From: Candidatus Fermentibacter danicus
GTDB taxonomy: Bacteria > Fermentibacterota > Fermentibacteria > Fermentibacterales > Fermentibacteraceae
Reading direction: 5' to 3'
DNA length: 54,880 nt
Assembly (NCBI GenBank): GCA_001618615.1
Contig: LKHB01000185.1
Span: 34,934 to 89,813, forward strand
The notes beneath the pieces were generated by a model, which saw only the letters and a list, made by a program, of their open reading frames with translations, searched no databases and was not told the origin of the DNA. Shown piece by piece: positions 43,200 to 51,703 of the stretch (its first letter is position 1; the number at the start of each line of letters is the position of its first letter). A program made the translations under genes and the position numbers.

Positions 43200-43819
43200 T
43201 TCTCCGACCTCCTCCCGCCGGCCCTCCTGGCCGTCACCCAGACCGCGGCGGCCACTGCGGCGACCGCCCAGGCAACGATCTCATACCTCCTCATGAAGTT
43301 CTCCAGGCCGGTCAGGCTGTATCCCAGCTCCCTGCCGGCGAATGCCATCAGAAGATACCATGCCAGCGCGCTCGCACCCGCGTACAGCGATGCCCTCCAG
43401 AGGCCCACCCCGGAGTAGCCCGCCACGATGACCAGCACGGAGCGGATTCCGGGCATGAATCTGCTGACCACGAGAATGAACGGAGCGCGCTCCGAGACCA
43501 GGCGCTCCGCCCGCTCGAGCCTCCCGACCCCGACACGGGCCAGCAGGAAACTCCGCACACGCCCCCTCCCGAGTCTCGCTCCGAGGAGGAGGAGTATCAG
43601 TGAAGCCGCCAGGCAGCCGGCGAAGCCGGATACGGCAGGCACGAGCAGCGGATTCGTGGAAGGGAGGGTACCTGCGGCCCAGCCTGCCGTCAGCACGAAC
43701 AGAACGTCTCCGGGGAACGGCGGGAAGAGCGTCTCCACAAAGGCGATGGCGCCCATGGCCGGGAACACCCAGGGGCCGGGCTGATGGCTCTGAAGCCATG
43801 CCAGCAGCCAGGAGATCAC
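43196..43819 (-). CDS. DedA/SNARE-associated family membrane protein
   Basis: VETLFPPFPGDVLFVL and SRFMPGIRSVLVIVAGY. Only the 3' 624 nt of ORF 43196..44611 is used. GTG 43819 overlaps the ispDF stop (GTGA). Confidence 0.82.
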   Translation of the reverse strand: MISWLLAWLQSHQPGPWVFPAMGAIAFVETLFPPFPGDVLFVLTAGWAAGTLPSTNPLLVPAVSGFAGCLAASLILLLLGARLGRGRVRSFLLARVGVGRLERAERLVSERAPFILVVSRFMPGIRSVLVIVAGYSGVGLWRASLYAGASALAWYLLMAFAGRELGYSLTGLENFMRRYEIVAWAVAAVAAAVWVTARRAGGRRSEK

Positions 43820-44976
43820 GCTCCGGCACCCGTGCTTCGCATCTCGACGAAGGCGAGGGCTCCCAGCCCCTCCCCGCGCCCCAGTGCGCCGAGGGAGTTG
43901 GTCGTGGTTCCCTTCACCCATACCGCGTCCAGAGGGACGCCCAGGATTCCGGCGAGACTCCCGCGCAGTTCCTGGCGCAGCGGAGAGATGCGCGGAAGCT
44001 CGGAGACTATCGTCAGGTCGAGCAGCGCGAACTCCCATCCCGCCTTCCGCGCCTCGGACAGAACCCGCCCGGTCAGAACGGCGCTGTCGGCTCCGGCATA
44101 CGAAGGATCGGACGGAGGGAACAGTGTTCCTATGTCGCCCAGCCTGGCCGCCGAAAGAATGGCGTCCATCACTGCATGCAGCGCGGCATCGCCGTCCGAA
44201 TGACCTTCGAGACCGCGGAATCCGGCGAGGTTGCACCCGCAGAGGATCAGGGGTCTTCCCTCGGCGAAGGGATGGAAGTCCAGCCCCACGCCCGTCCTCG
44301 TCACCGACCGGGGCGGACCGGCGAGGCGCTCCGCCAGGACGAGATCGCCCCGCGAGGTGATCTTCGCGTTGGCTTCGTCGCCTTCGACGATCCTTACGGG
44401 ATGTCCCGAAAGCTCCACCCCCTGTGCCTCGTCGGTGAAGTTCCCCTCGAGCGCCAGAGCCTCCTCGAGCAGACCCCGTTCGAATCCCTGGGGAGTCTGG
44501 CTGCGCCAAAGCCCGGATCTGTCCACGGTGGCCTCGACTACCCCGTCCGAGACCCTCTTTAGGGTGTCTGCAACGGGTATGCCGGGTGCCGCCGCCCCTG
44601 TCTCCTCGCACGCCCGCATGACCCTCTCGAAGAGCGGACGCGATGCCAGAGGCCTCGCGGCGTCGTGGACAAGAATGTGCGTACAGCCGGGGAGAGCTTC
44701 GAGGCCGTTCGCCACGGAGTCCCTCCTTCGGGGGCCGCCTCGTGCGGTCCGGACCCGGGGGTGCTTCGCAGCCTCCGGGTCGCTCTCCTCACCCTGTGGG
44801 AGAACGAGGCAGACTTCCCCGATCCTGTCGATCGACAACGCAGTTTCCAGGCTCCACCTGAAAAGAGGCCTTCCGATGAGAGGGGCGAACTGCTTGGGCA
44901 GGCTGCCCCCGAAGCGTTCTCCGCGGCCCGCGGCCACGATTATGCAGCCCCAGCGGACCGCCTCAGTCGGAGTCAT
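43816..44976 (-). CDS. ispDF: bifunctional MEP cytidylyltransferase / MEcPP synthase
   Basis: IspD: IIVAAGRGERFGG. IspF: GVGLDFHPF and GHSDGDAALHAVMDAIL. Start is ATG 44976 (MTPTEAV...) or 45018. Confidence 0.92.
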   Translation of the reverse strand: MTPTEAVRWGCIIVAAGRGERFGGSLPKQFAPLIGRPLFRWSLETALSIDRIGEVCLVLPQGEESDPEAAKHPRVRTARGGPRRRDSVANGLEALPGCTHILVHDAARPLASRPLFERVMRACEETGAAAPGIPVADTLKRVSDGVVEATVDRSGLWRSQTPQGFERGLLEEALALEGNFTDEAQGVELSGHPVRIVEGDEANAKITSRGDLVLAERLAGPPRSVTRTGVGLDFHPFAEGRPLILCGCNLAGFRGLEGHSDGDAALHAVMDAILSAARLGDIGTLFPPSDPSYAGADSAVLTGRVLSEARKAGWEFALLDLTIVSELPRISPLRQELRGSLAGILGVPLDAVWVKGTTTNSLGALGRGEGLGALAFVEMRSTGAGA

Positions 44977-46021
44977 CTTCTCCCTGCTCGACCGGGCCGG
45001 CGTCGACCGGGACTTCATGCATCTCGTCCTCGGGATGCTGGGCGATCCTCGAGAAGACCATCGTCCCGCCGGAGGCGCGGAAGGTGGTGTGTGCCACGGC
45101 GTCGATGGTCTTTCCTATGAACTCCTCGCCGTCCTCGACGACCACCATGGTTCCGTCATTGAGATAGCCGATGGCCTGGCCCTGATTGCGGCCCTTCCTG
45201 ACGGGCTTCAGCCTGACCTTCTCGCCGGGAAGCACTATGGCGCGGGCCGCCGCGCCGACCTCGTCGAGCCTGATCACCTTGTTGCCCTCGCGGGCGGCCG
45301 TGTCGAGCATCGCGGAGTCCCCGCTGACGAGAGAGGCGCTCTCCCGCTTGAGCCAGTCGAGGATGCGGAAGCTCTCCTTCTCGGGATCGCCGAAATCCCT
45401 GTACTCGACTCCGCCGGACTTGCCGGCCGCCTCCTCGAGCCTTTCGAGCGTCTCCAGCCCTCTCCTGGCCCTGCCCCTCTGGATTATGTCCTTGGACTTC
45501 ATGAGGTTCTCGAGCGCGGGCCTGATCGAAGCCGGCACCACGAACGGGCCGGTCAGGAGGCCTACGAGCGCCAGATCGGCCACTCTGCCGTCAATTATCG
45601 AGGACTGATCCACCAGCGTGGCCGCCGTCCGGACATATGAAGGAACGACCGTCTCACGGCCCGGGGCGCCCGAGGCTCTCGGCACCTTGGCGAAGGCTAC
45701 CTGTGCGAACGCGTATCCCAGGGCCAGGGGAATCAGCAGGAAGAGATCGACCCCGTCCTCCGAGCCCAGTCTCACGTTGCCCAGCCGCAGCACCAGCATC
45801 AGCAGCAACCCGATGCCTATCCCCGCGGCGGCGCCGACCATGGTGTAGACGACGTCTATGACGGGCAGCTTCACGAATTTCGTCTCTATGACAATGGCCG
45901 CGATGCCCGCAGCCAGGCCGAGCAGCAGGCCGAGGCGCCAGTCGCTGGTGGAAGCCGAAACCCCCACCACACACAGAACGAGCAGCAGCAGGAGCCTCGG
46001 GCCCCATCCTTCGGTCTTCAC
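44963..46021 (-). CDS. PIN/TRAM-domain membrane protein (YacL-like)
   Basis: Four N-terminal TM helices, a PIN-like segment VDQSSIIDGRVADLALVG...RGRARRGLETLE, and a TRAM-like segment GQAIGYLNDGTMVVVEDGEEFIGK. It is collinear with my recollection of B. subtilis YacL. Confidence 0.82.
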   Translation of the reverse strand: MKTEGWGPRLLLLLVLCVVGVSASTSDWRLGLLLGLAAGIAAIVIETKFVKLPVIDVVYTMVGAAAGIGIGLLLMLVLRLGNVRLGSEDGVDLFLLIPLALGYAFAQVAFAKVPRASGAPGRETVVPSYVRTAATLVDQSSIIDGRVADLALVGLLTGPFVVPASIRPALENLMKSKDIIQRGRARRGLETLERLEEAAGKSGGVEYRDFGDPEKESFRILDWLKRESASLVSGDSAMLDTAAREGNKVIRLDEVGAAARAIVLPGEKVRLKPVRKGRNQGQAIGYLNDGTMVVVEDGEEFIGKTIDAVAHTTFRASGGTMVFSRIAQHPEDEMHEVPVDAGPVEQGEDDSD

Positions 46022-46039
46022 GATTGCATACCTCCAGTG

Positions 46040-47407
46040 TCAGCGGCGTCCGGAGGGTGCAAGAATGTCCTCCATGCAGCCGCTCAGTGTTGAATGCCCT
46101 CTGAGGGCGCCGTCCGCCTCCGCGCAGTCCTCGGTGCTGCCTGCGAAGAGGTCGAATCCAAGCGACCTGGCCTCCCTGAGCCGCCTGTCGAAACCGGAAA
46201 CCGGCCTCAGCTCCCCGCCGAGACCGACCTCGGCCGAAACCGCGAGCCCGGCCGGAATGGGTCTATCGAGTCTGCTGGAAGCCACTGCGAGGCAGATGGC
46301 CAGATCCGCCCCGGGGTCGGAGAGGTTCGCGCCTCCGGCCACGTTGACATAGACGTCCTGGGCGCCGAGTTCGAGGCCGCAGCGCTTCTCCAGGACGGCG
46401 AGGAGCATCGGCAGCCTTCTGGAGTCGATGCCGTTGGCGCTCCTCTGGGGAAATCCGTACCGGGTCGGCGAAGTGAGGGCCTGTACCTCGACGAGGAAGG
46501 GCCTGGTCCCCTCCATCACGGCGCAGACGACGCCGCCCGACAGTCCGTCCTGCCTCCTGCCGAGGAAGAAGGCCGAGGCTTCCGCGATCCCCTTCAGGCC
46601 CTGCCGGGTCATCTCGAACACCCCGAGTTCGTTCGTGGGACCGAATCGGTTCTTGAGAGACCGGAGAAGTCTGTGGGGCCTGTTGGAGTCTCCTTCGAAA
46701 CCGATCACGGTGTCCACCAGGTGTTCCAGCACCTTCGGCCCGGCCAGGGAGCCGTCCTTCGTCACGTGGCCCACGATGAGGCTGGTCTTCCCCCGGGGCT
46801 TGGTGAGGCTCACCAGCTCGGCGGCGCAGTGCCTCACCTGCGCAACCGATCCGGGCCCGCTGGTCAGCGCCTCCGAATAGACGGTCTGAATGGAATCGAC
46901 GATGAGTATCCCCGCCCCCGTGCGCTCCAGAGCGGACTCGATCTCCTCGAGCCTCGTCTCCGGAAGAATCAGGATGTTGCCGCTCGCGCAGCCGATCCTC
47001 CTGGCCCGGCTCGCGATCTGCCCGGCGGACTCCTCGGCGGTCGCGTAGAGCACGGTTTCGCCCGCTCCGGAAAGAAAGGCGGAGAGCTGAAGCATCAGTG
47101 TGCTCTTGCCTATGCCGGGCTCGCCCCCGAGGAGAGCCATCGACCCTCTGAACAGCCCACCTCCCAGCACCCTGTCGAACTCCGGGATGCCGGTTGGAAT
47201 CCTCTCCCCGTCCTCCTCGGGGATGGAATCGATCCGGACCGCCTCCACGGATTTCCGCGAGGGGCTTCCGAGGCGTCCCTTCCCCTCCTGTACCGGTTCC
47301 TCGACCATCGTGTTCCAGGAACCGCAGGCCGGGCACCTCCCGCTCCAGTTCGGGCTGCCGTTGCCGCACTGCGTGCAGAAGAACGAAGTACGCCTGCGCT
47401 GCTTCAA
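46040..47407 (-). CDS. radA: DNA repair protein RadA/Sms
   Basis: Zinc finger CTQCG...CPACGSWNT, Walker A GGEPGIGKSTL, KNRFGPTNELGVFEM, and a Lon-like C-terminus. TTG start overlaps the dnaB stop (TTGA). Confidence 0.96.
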   Translation of the reverse strand: MKQRRRTSFFCTQCGNGSPNWSGRCPACGSWNTMVEEPVQEGKGRLGSPSRKSVEAVRIDSIPEEDGERIPTGIPEFDRVLGGGLFRGSMALLGGEPGIGKSTLMLQLSAFLSGAGETVLYATAEESAGQIASRARRIGCASGNILILPETRLEEIESALERTGAGILIVDSIQTVYSEALTSGPGSVAQVRHCAAELVSLTKPRGKTSLIVGHVTKDGSLAGPKVLEHLVDTVIGFEGDSNRPHRLLRSLKNRFGPTNELGVFEMTRQGLKGIAEASAFFLGRRQDGLSGGVVCAVMEGTRPFLVEVQALTSPTRYGFPQRSANGIDSRRLPMLLAVLEKRCGLELGAQDVYVNVAGGANLSDPGADLAICLAVASSRLDRPIPAGLAVSAEVGLGGELRPVSGFDRRLREARSLGFDLFAGSTEDCAEADGALRGHSTLSGCMEDILAPSGRR

Positions 47408-48756
47408 TCCTGGTCCCAGGGCCTCTCGATGAATCGTCCGAACCTGGTCTGGAAGGTCATGTCGATCTCGCCCCGTGGGCCGTTCCTCTGCTTGCCGATT
47501 ATCAGACGCACGTTCCTGTCCTCCCGGTATCCCGTGTCGGACAGGGTTTCGTCACTCGAGTCCTCGTGCAGAAACAGAACCAGGTCTGCGTCCTGCTCTA
47601 TCGCCCCGCTCTCACGGAGATCCTGGAGCCTGGGCACCCTGGAGGGACCGTCGGTCACGGCCCGCCGCGATAGCTGCGAGAGAGCCACAACGGGCACGTC
47701 GAGATCCTTGGCGAGCGCCTTCAGATCCCCGGAGATGCGTGCGATCTCCTGCTGCCGGTTCTCCTCGCCGCCCACTCCCCTCATGAGCTGGAGGTAATCG
47801 ACGAAGACGGCGGCAAGGCCCCCGCATTTCTTCCTCAGCCGCCTGGCGCCGGCCCTCAGCTCGAGGGAGGTGAGTCCGGTGTGCTCGTTGACGTAGAGCG
47901 GCATGTTCGAGAGCCTTTCGCAGGCGTTGGTGAAGTCGAGCATGGCTCTGCTAGAGATGTTGCCCCCGACCCAGGCCTGCAGGGCGACCATGGACTCCGC
48001 GGACATGACGCGCTTGATCAGCTCCCTGCCGGTCATCTCCAGGCTGAAGAAGCCCACCGTCCCGCCTTCCTGTCGGGCGATGTTCACGGCGATGTTGAGC
48101 GCCAGCGTCGTCTTGCCCACGGAGGGCCTCGCCGCGATTATTATGAGCTCCCCGCCATGGAACCCCGTAGTCATCGCATCCAGCCTGTCGAAGCCGGTGC
48201 TCAGGCCGGTGACATGGCTGTTGGATGCGTTGAGCTTCTCGAACTCCTTCAGGCCGAGTCCGACGAGTTCCTGCATCGACAGGAAGTCCTGATCGACCAG
48301 CTTCTCTCCGACATTGAAGACCCTCTTCTCGGCGCGGTCTATTATCTCGGCGGGGATGAGTCTCCCCTCCGCGATCTCCCTGATAGTCTCGCGGCTCGCC
48401 GCGCCGAGGCGCCTCAGCAGGGCCTTCTCCCGGACGATCTCTGCGTACTGCTTCACGCTGGCAAGGATCGGGATGTCGGCGGCAAGCTCGGTCAGATAGT
48501 CCACCCCTCCAGCCAGATCCAGCAGCTTATTCCTCTCGAGTTCCTCCGCGACGGTCACGATGTCGATGTACCTGTTCCTCTCGTCGAGAGCCTTGCACGC
48601 CTTGTAGACATAGGCATGCTTCGAGTCGTGGAAATCCTCGGAATTGAGTATGCTGAAGACCTCTACGGCTATCTCGGGGTCGGTCATCACTCCGGCGAGA
48701 ACGCCTCTCTCGGCCTCGATGCTTCTCGGGGCGACCGGTTCCGGATCAGGAGCCAT
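47404..48756 (-). CDS. dnaB: replicative DNA helicase
   Basis: PRSIEAERGVLAGV N-terminal domain, Walker A AARPSVGKTTLALNIA, SLEM, ALSQLSR, RESGAIEQDAD. 450 aa, no intein. Confidence 0.96.
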   Translation of the reverse strand: MAPDPEPVAPRSIEAERGVLAGVMTDPEIAVEVFSILNSEDFHDSKHAYVYKACKALDERNRYIDIVTVAEELERNKLLDLAGGVDYLTELAADIPILASVKQYAEIVREKALLRRLGAASRETIREIAEGRLIPAEIIDRAEKRVFNVGEKLVDQDFLSMQELVGLGLKEFEKLNASNSHVTGLSTGFDRLDAMTTGFHGGELIIIAARPSVGKTTLALNIAVNIARQEGGTVGFFSLEMTGRELIKRVMSAESMVALQAWVGGNISSRAMLDFTNACERLSNMPLYVNEHTGLTSLELRAGARRLRKKCGGLAAVFVDYLQLMRGVGGEENRQQEIARISGDLKALAKDLDVPVVALSQLSRRAVTDGPSRVPRLQDLRESGAIEQDADLVLFLHEDSSDETLSDTGYREDRNVRLIIGKQRNGPRGEIDMTFQTRFGRFIERPWDQD

Positions 48757-48762
48757 GCAGAA

Positions 48763-49434
48763 TCACTTCCTCGGCAGCCCGCCGCGCTCCATGAGCCGAC
48801 GGAGCTTCTTCACGTCCTCCCACACAGGCCTCTTGAGCGCGGGAGTCCGCAGGAGAGCCGCCGGGTGGTACGTGACTATCACCGGGATTCCCCGGTAGGA
48901 ATGTTCCGAGTTCCTCGCCTGACCGATGGGGGCTCTGATGCCGAGGAGCCTCGATACGGCGGTCGCACCCAGCGCGAGTATGACCCCCGGCTGCATCGCG
49001 TCGATCTGTGCGTCGAGCACCCACGCGCAGGCCTCCACTTCGTCGGGCGAGGGCACCCTGTTTTCGGGAGGGCGGCACTTGACCACGTTCGCGATGAAAC
49101 AGGACTCCCTGTCGAGGCCGATCGAGGCGAGAATCCTGTCCAGAAGCTGCCCCGCCTTCCCCACGAACGGCCGGCCGGTCTCGTCCTCGCTGGCACCGGG
49201 CCCCTCGCCGACCACGAGAATGCCCGAACGAGGATCACCCTCGCCGAAGACCAGATTCCGTCTCGTGCCCGACAGCCTGCAGGACGAGCAGTCGCCCAGC
49301 TTCGCCCTCACGGCATCCATCGCAGTCTTCGCGCCGTCGGAAGAATCCGGCTCCCGGCCCCTTCGAGCGCGCACATCCCCGTCGGCGTCACTCCCGCTCC
49401 ATCCGTCGGGCATCTTTCCACCGGGGAAATGCAC
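48763..49434 (-). CDS. udg: uracil-DNA glycosylase, family 4
   Basis: CSSCRL, GEGPGASEDETGRPFVGKAGQLL, VVKCRPPENR and TYHPAALLR. Start is uncertain (GTG 49434, ATG 49413 or the later MDAVRAKL). Confidence 0.88.
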   Translation of the reverse strand: MHFPGGKMPDGWSGSDADGDVRARRGREPDSSDGAKTAMDAVRAKLGDCSSCRLSGTRRNLVFGEGDPRSGILVVGEGPGASEDETGRPFVGKAGQLLDRILASIGLDRESCFIANVVKCRPPENRVPSPDEVEACAWVLDAQIDAMQPGVILALGATAVSRLLGIRAPIGQARNSEHSYRGIPVIVTYHPAALLRTPALKRPVWEDVKKLRRLMERGGLPRK

Positions 49435-49480
49435 CTTCCCGAGTCCGAAACTCGCGACGGCCGACCAGAGCGGGTCCAGG

Positions 49481-50764
49481 TCAGACTCCTCGTGAGGGCG
49501 GGCGGCCCAGGGAGGAGACGATCATCTCCGCCACGAACCGCTTCGAACCCTCGGGGATTTCGACATCTTCGCGCCCTGCGCGGATGAGGACGCCCGAATC
49601 CGCATCGGAATCCATGCCGGAGCCGGGGAGGTCGCCGAAGTTGAGGAACGAGGCGAAAGCGCCCTTGGACGACATCTTCCTCCGGGCGCGTTCCAGCGCG
49701 ATGTCCCTGTCGCCGAACTCGAGGCTGAAGGAGAGGAGCGGGCAGAGGCCGGAAACGGACGCGGAGACGTCCTCGACCTGTTCGAGTTCGAGCATCATCC
49801 CGCCGCCGCTTCTGGGCAGCTTGCCGTCCATCCTCCGCACTGGTCTGAAATCGGCCACTGCGGCGGGCATCGCGAGGAGGTCGTGGCCTGGCGCGAGGTC
49901 GTGCAGAAGGGCGGAGAGCCCGGAGGCGTCCGTGAAGCGTTCGAGCGTAACCGCCCGGGGGGGAGCGGCCCTGCAGGGCCCGAGGAGAAGCGTGACGGAA
50001 GCGCCCGCAGCTCTGAAGGCGGAGGCGAGTTCGCAGCCCATCACCCCGCTGGACCGGTTGGAGAGGAATCTGACGTCGTCGATGTATTCCCTGGTGGGAC
50101 CGGATGCTATGAGCACCCTCCGGCCCTCCCAGGAGACGGGAGGCGGCATCGAGGGATCGAGCGCCCTGGCCGCGGACGGATATGGAATCCCGCCGATGCG
50201 CGACGCCTCGGCCTCCACGATCGAGAGGAGCCTCCTCGAGGCTTCGGGCAGCCCGTCGTTCTCGACGACGAAGTCGAAGGCGCCGATCCAGCGCATCTCG
50301 ACGGAGGCCGCCGACATCCGTCTGGCCAGATCCTCTCCGCTCTCCGTGCCACGGCCTTCGAGCCTGCCAGCCAGGACGCCGGCCGAGGGAGGGAGGACGA
50401 AGACCAGCACGGCACCCGGGATCGCCGCCCTTACGTTCCGGGCGCCCACGACGTCGATGTCCAGGATCACGGAACGGCCGGCTGCCAGTGTCTTCTCGAC
50501 CCAGCCCCTGGACGTGCCGTACCTGTACCCGTGGACACGGGCCCATTCCAGGAAGAATCCCTCACGGACGAGTTCGTCGAATTCGTCGTCCGTCACGAAG
50601 TCATAGTCCCGGCCTTCCTTCTCGCCGCCCCTCGGCGGACGCGTGGTGGTGCTGACCGAGAACTCGAATTCCGGGGCTTCCGAAACGAGCCTCCTGGCGA
50701 GCGTCGTCTTCCCGGCGCCCGAGGGGCCGGCAAGGACCAGCAGCATCCCCGCCCTATTCGACAT
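49481..50764 (-). CDS. gmk: fusion protein: guanylate kinase + phosphopantothenoylcysteine synthetase (CoaB) domain
   Basis: aa 1-188 are Gmk (LAGPSGAGKTTL, STTTRPPRGGE, EWARVHGYRYGTS). aa 211-427 are CoaB (IASGPTREYIDDVRFLSNRSSGVMG, AAVADFRP). No CoaC flavoprotein domain. Confidence 0.9.
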   Translation of the reverse strand: MSNRAGMLLVLAGPSGAGKTTLARRLVSEAPEFEFSVSTTTRPPRGGEKEGRDYDFVTDDEFDELVREGFFLEWARVHGYRYGTSRGWVEKTLAAGRSVILDIDVVGARNVRAAIPGAVLVFVLPPSAGVLAGRLEGRGTESGEDLARRMSAASVEMRWIGAFDFVVENDGLPEASRRLLSIVEAEASRIGGIPYPSAARALDPSMPPPVSWEGRRVLIASGPTREYIDDVRFLSNRSSGVMGCELASAFRAAGASVTLLLGPCRAAPPRAVTLERFTDASGLSALLHDLAPGHDLLAMPAAVADFRPVRRMDGKLPRSGGGMMLELEQVEDVSASVSGLCPLLSFSLEFGDRDIALERARRKMSSKGAFASFLNFGDLPGSGMDSDADSGVLIRAGREDVEIPEGSKRFVAEMIVSSLGRPPSRGV

Positions 50765-51620
50765 TGGCCGCCTGCTCCCTCAGTGAGGAGAGTTCGTTCT
50801 TCATCTCGACCACGATCATGGTTCCGGCGGGAGTCTCCAGCTTGGCGCCGAGCGTGTTGATTTCGCGCTGGAGCTCCTGCAGCAGAAAGCCAAGCTTCCT
50901 GCCGGCATCAGGCTCGTCGGATGAGGCGAGATCGAGCGCGGAGGAGACATGGCATCCAAGCCTCTCCAGCTCCTCGCACACATCCAGCCTGTCGGCCATG
51001 ACGGCAAGCTCCTGGAGAAGCCTCTGCTCGTCCACCCTGGAGGAATCTCCCAGCAGTTTCCCGACTCTCTCCCTCATCCTTTCGAATGCCTCGGGCACGG
51101 CCTCCTGCTGGATCGCCGCAACTTCCGAGGCGAGCGATCCGATCCTGGTGAGGTGCTCGGACATCAGGGCCGCGAGAGCCTCCCCTTCGGCCCTGCGCGA
51201 ACGGGTGAGGTCGTCGAGGCAGGACGCCACGCATTCCAGGACAGGGCCCGCATCGGGAGCCTCCGGCTCGGAGGAGGCCCTGAGCACGCCGGGAAGCCTC
51301 ATTAGATCCAGAGCGGAGATGCCGCCGTCGAGCCCGAGCCGGGCTGCGATCAGAGCCGCTGCCTCCGCCAGCTTCCCGGCCCTCTCGAAATCGACGGGAA
51401 GCGCATCTCCGGAGGAGCCGGCCGCTTCGACCGTGAGCCTCAGATCGATGCGGCCCCTCGAATACCTCTTCCTGATCTCGTCGCGTATGTCCTGTTCCAT
51501 CGAGGCAAGCTGATCCGGGAGGCTCACGCTCACATGAAGACCCTTCTGGTTCACGCTGCGGGCCTCGGCGGCGATGCTGCAGCGGCCGGCCAGAACGACT
51601 GCTCTTCCGAATCCGGTCAT
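50754..51620 (-). CDS. yicC: YicC-family protein (stress-induced/endoribonuclease family)
   Basis: MTGFGRA... N-terminus and C-terminal GRKLGFLLQELQREINTLGAK. ATG 51620 is preferred over 51674. Confidence 0.88.
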   Translation of the reverse strand: MTGFGRAVVLAGRCSIAAEARSVNQKGLHVSVSLPDQLASMEQDIRDEIRKRYSRGRIDLRLTVEAAGSSGDALPVDFERAGKLAEAAALIAARLGLDGGISALDLMRLPGVLRASSEPEAPDAGPVLECVASCLDDLTRSRRAEGEALAALMSEHLTRIGSLASEVAAIQQEAVPEAFERMRERVGKLLGDSSRVDEQRLLQELAVMADRLDVCEELERLGCHVSSALDLASSDEPDAGRKLGFLLQELQREINTLGAKLETPAGTMIVVEMKNELSSLREQAANVE

Positions 51621-51703
51621 AGACTCCAGGGGGCACCTCCAGTGATGAGTCCGGAAGGTATATTCTACTTCCAAAACGGAGGGGACGGTACAGTCTGGAC
51701 GGC

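Noticed and set aside
43820-44611. 5' extension of ORF 43196..44611, which would make a 471-aa protein.
   Set aside because: The extension lies over ispDF in another frame and is Arg/Gly-rich. Only the last 207 codons (DedA family) look real, starting at a GTG that overlaps the ispDF stop.
46094-49587. Two ~567-aa + strand ORFs (46094..47797 and 47881..49587) opposite radA, dnaB and udg.
   Set aside because: Arg/Gly/Pro-rich shadow ORFs. The minus strand carries RadA, DnaB and UDG4 signatures.
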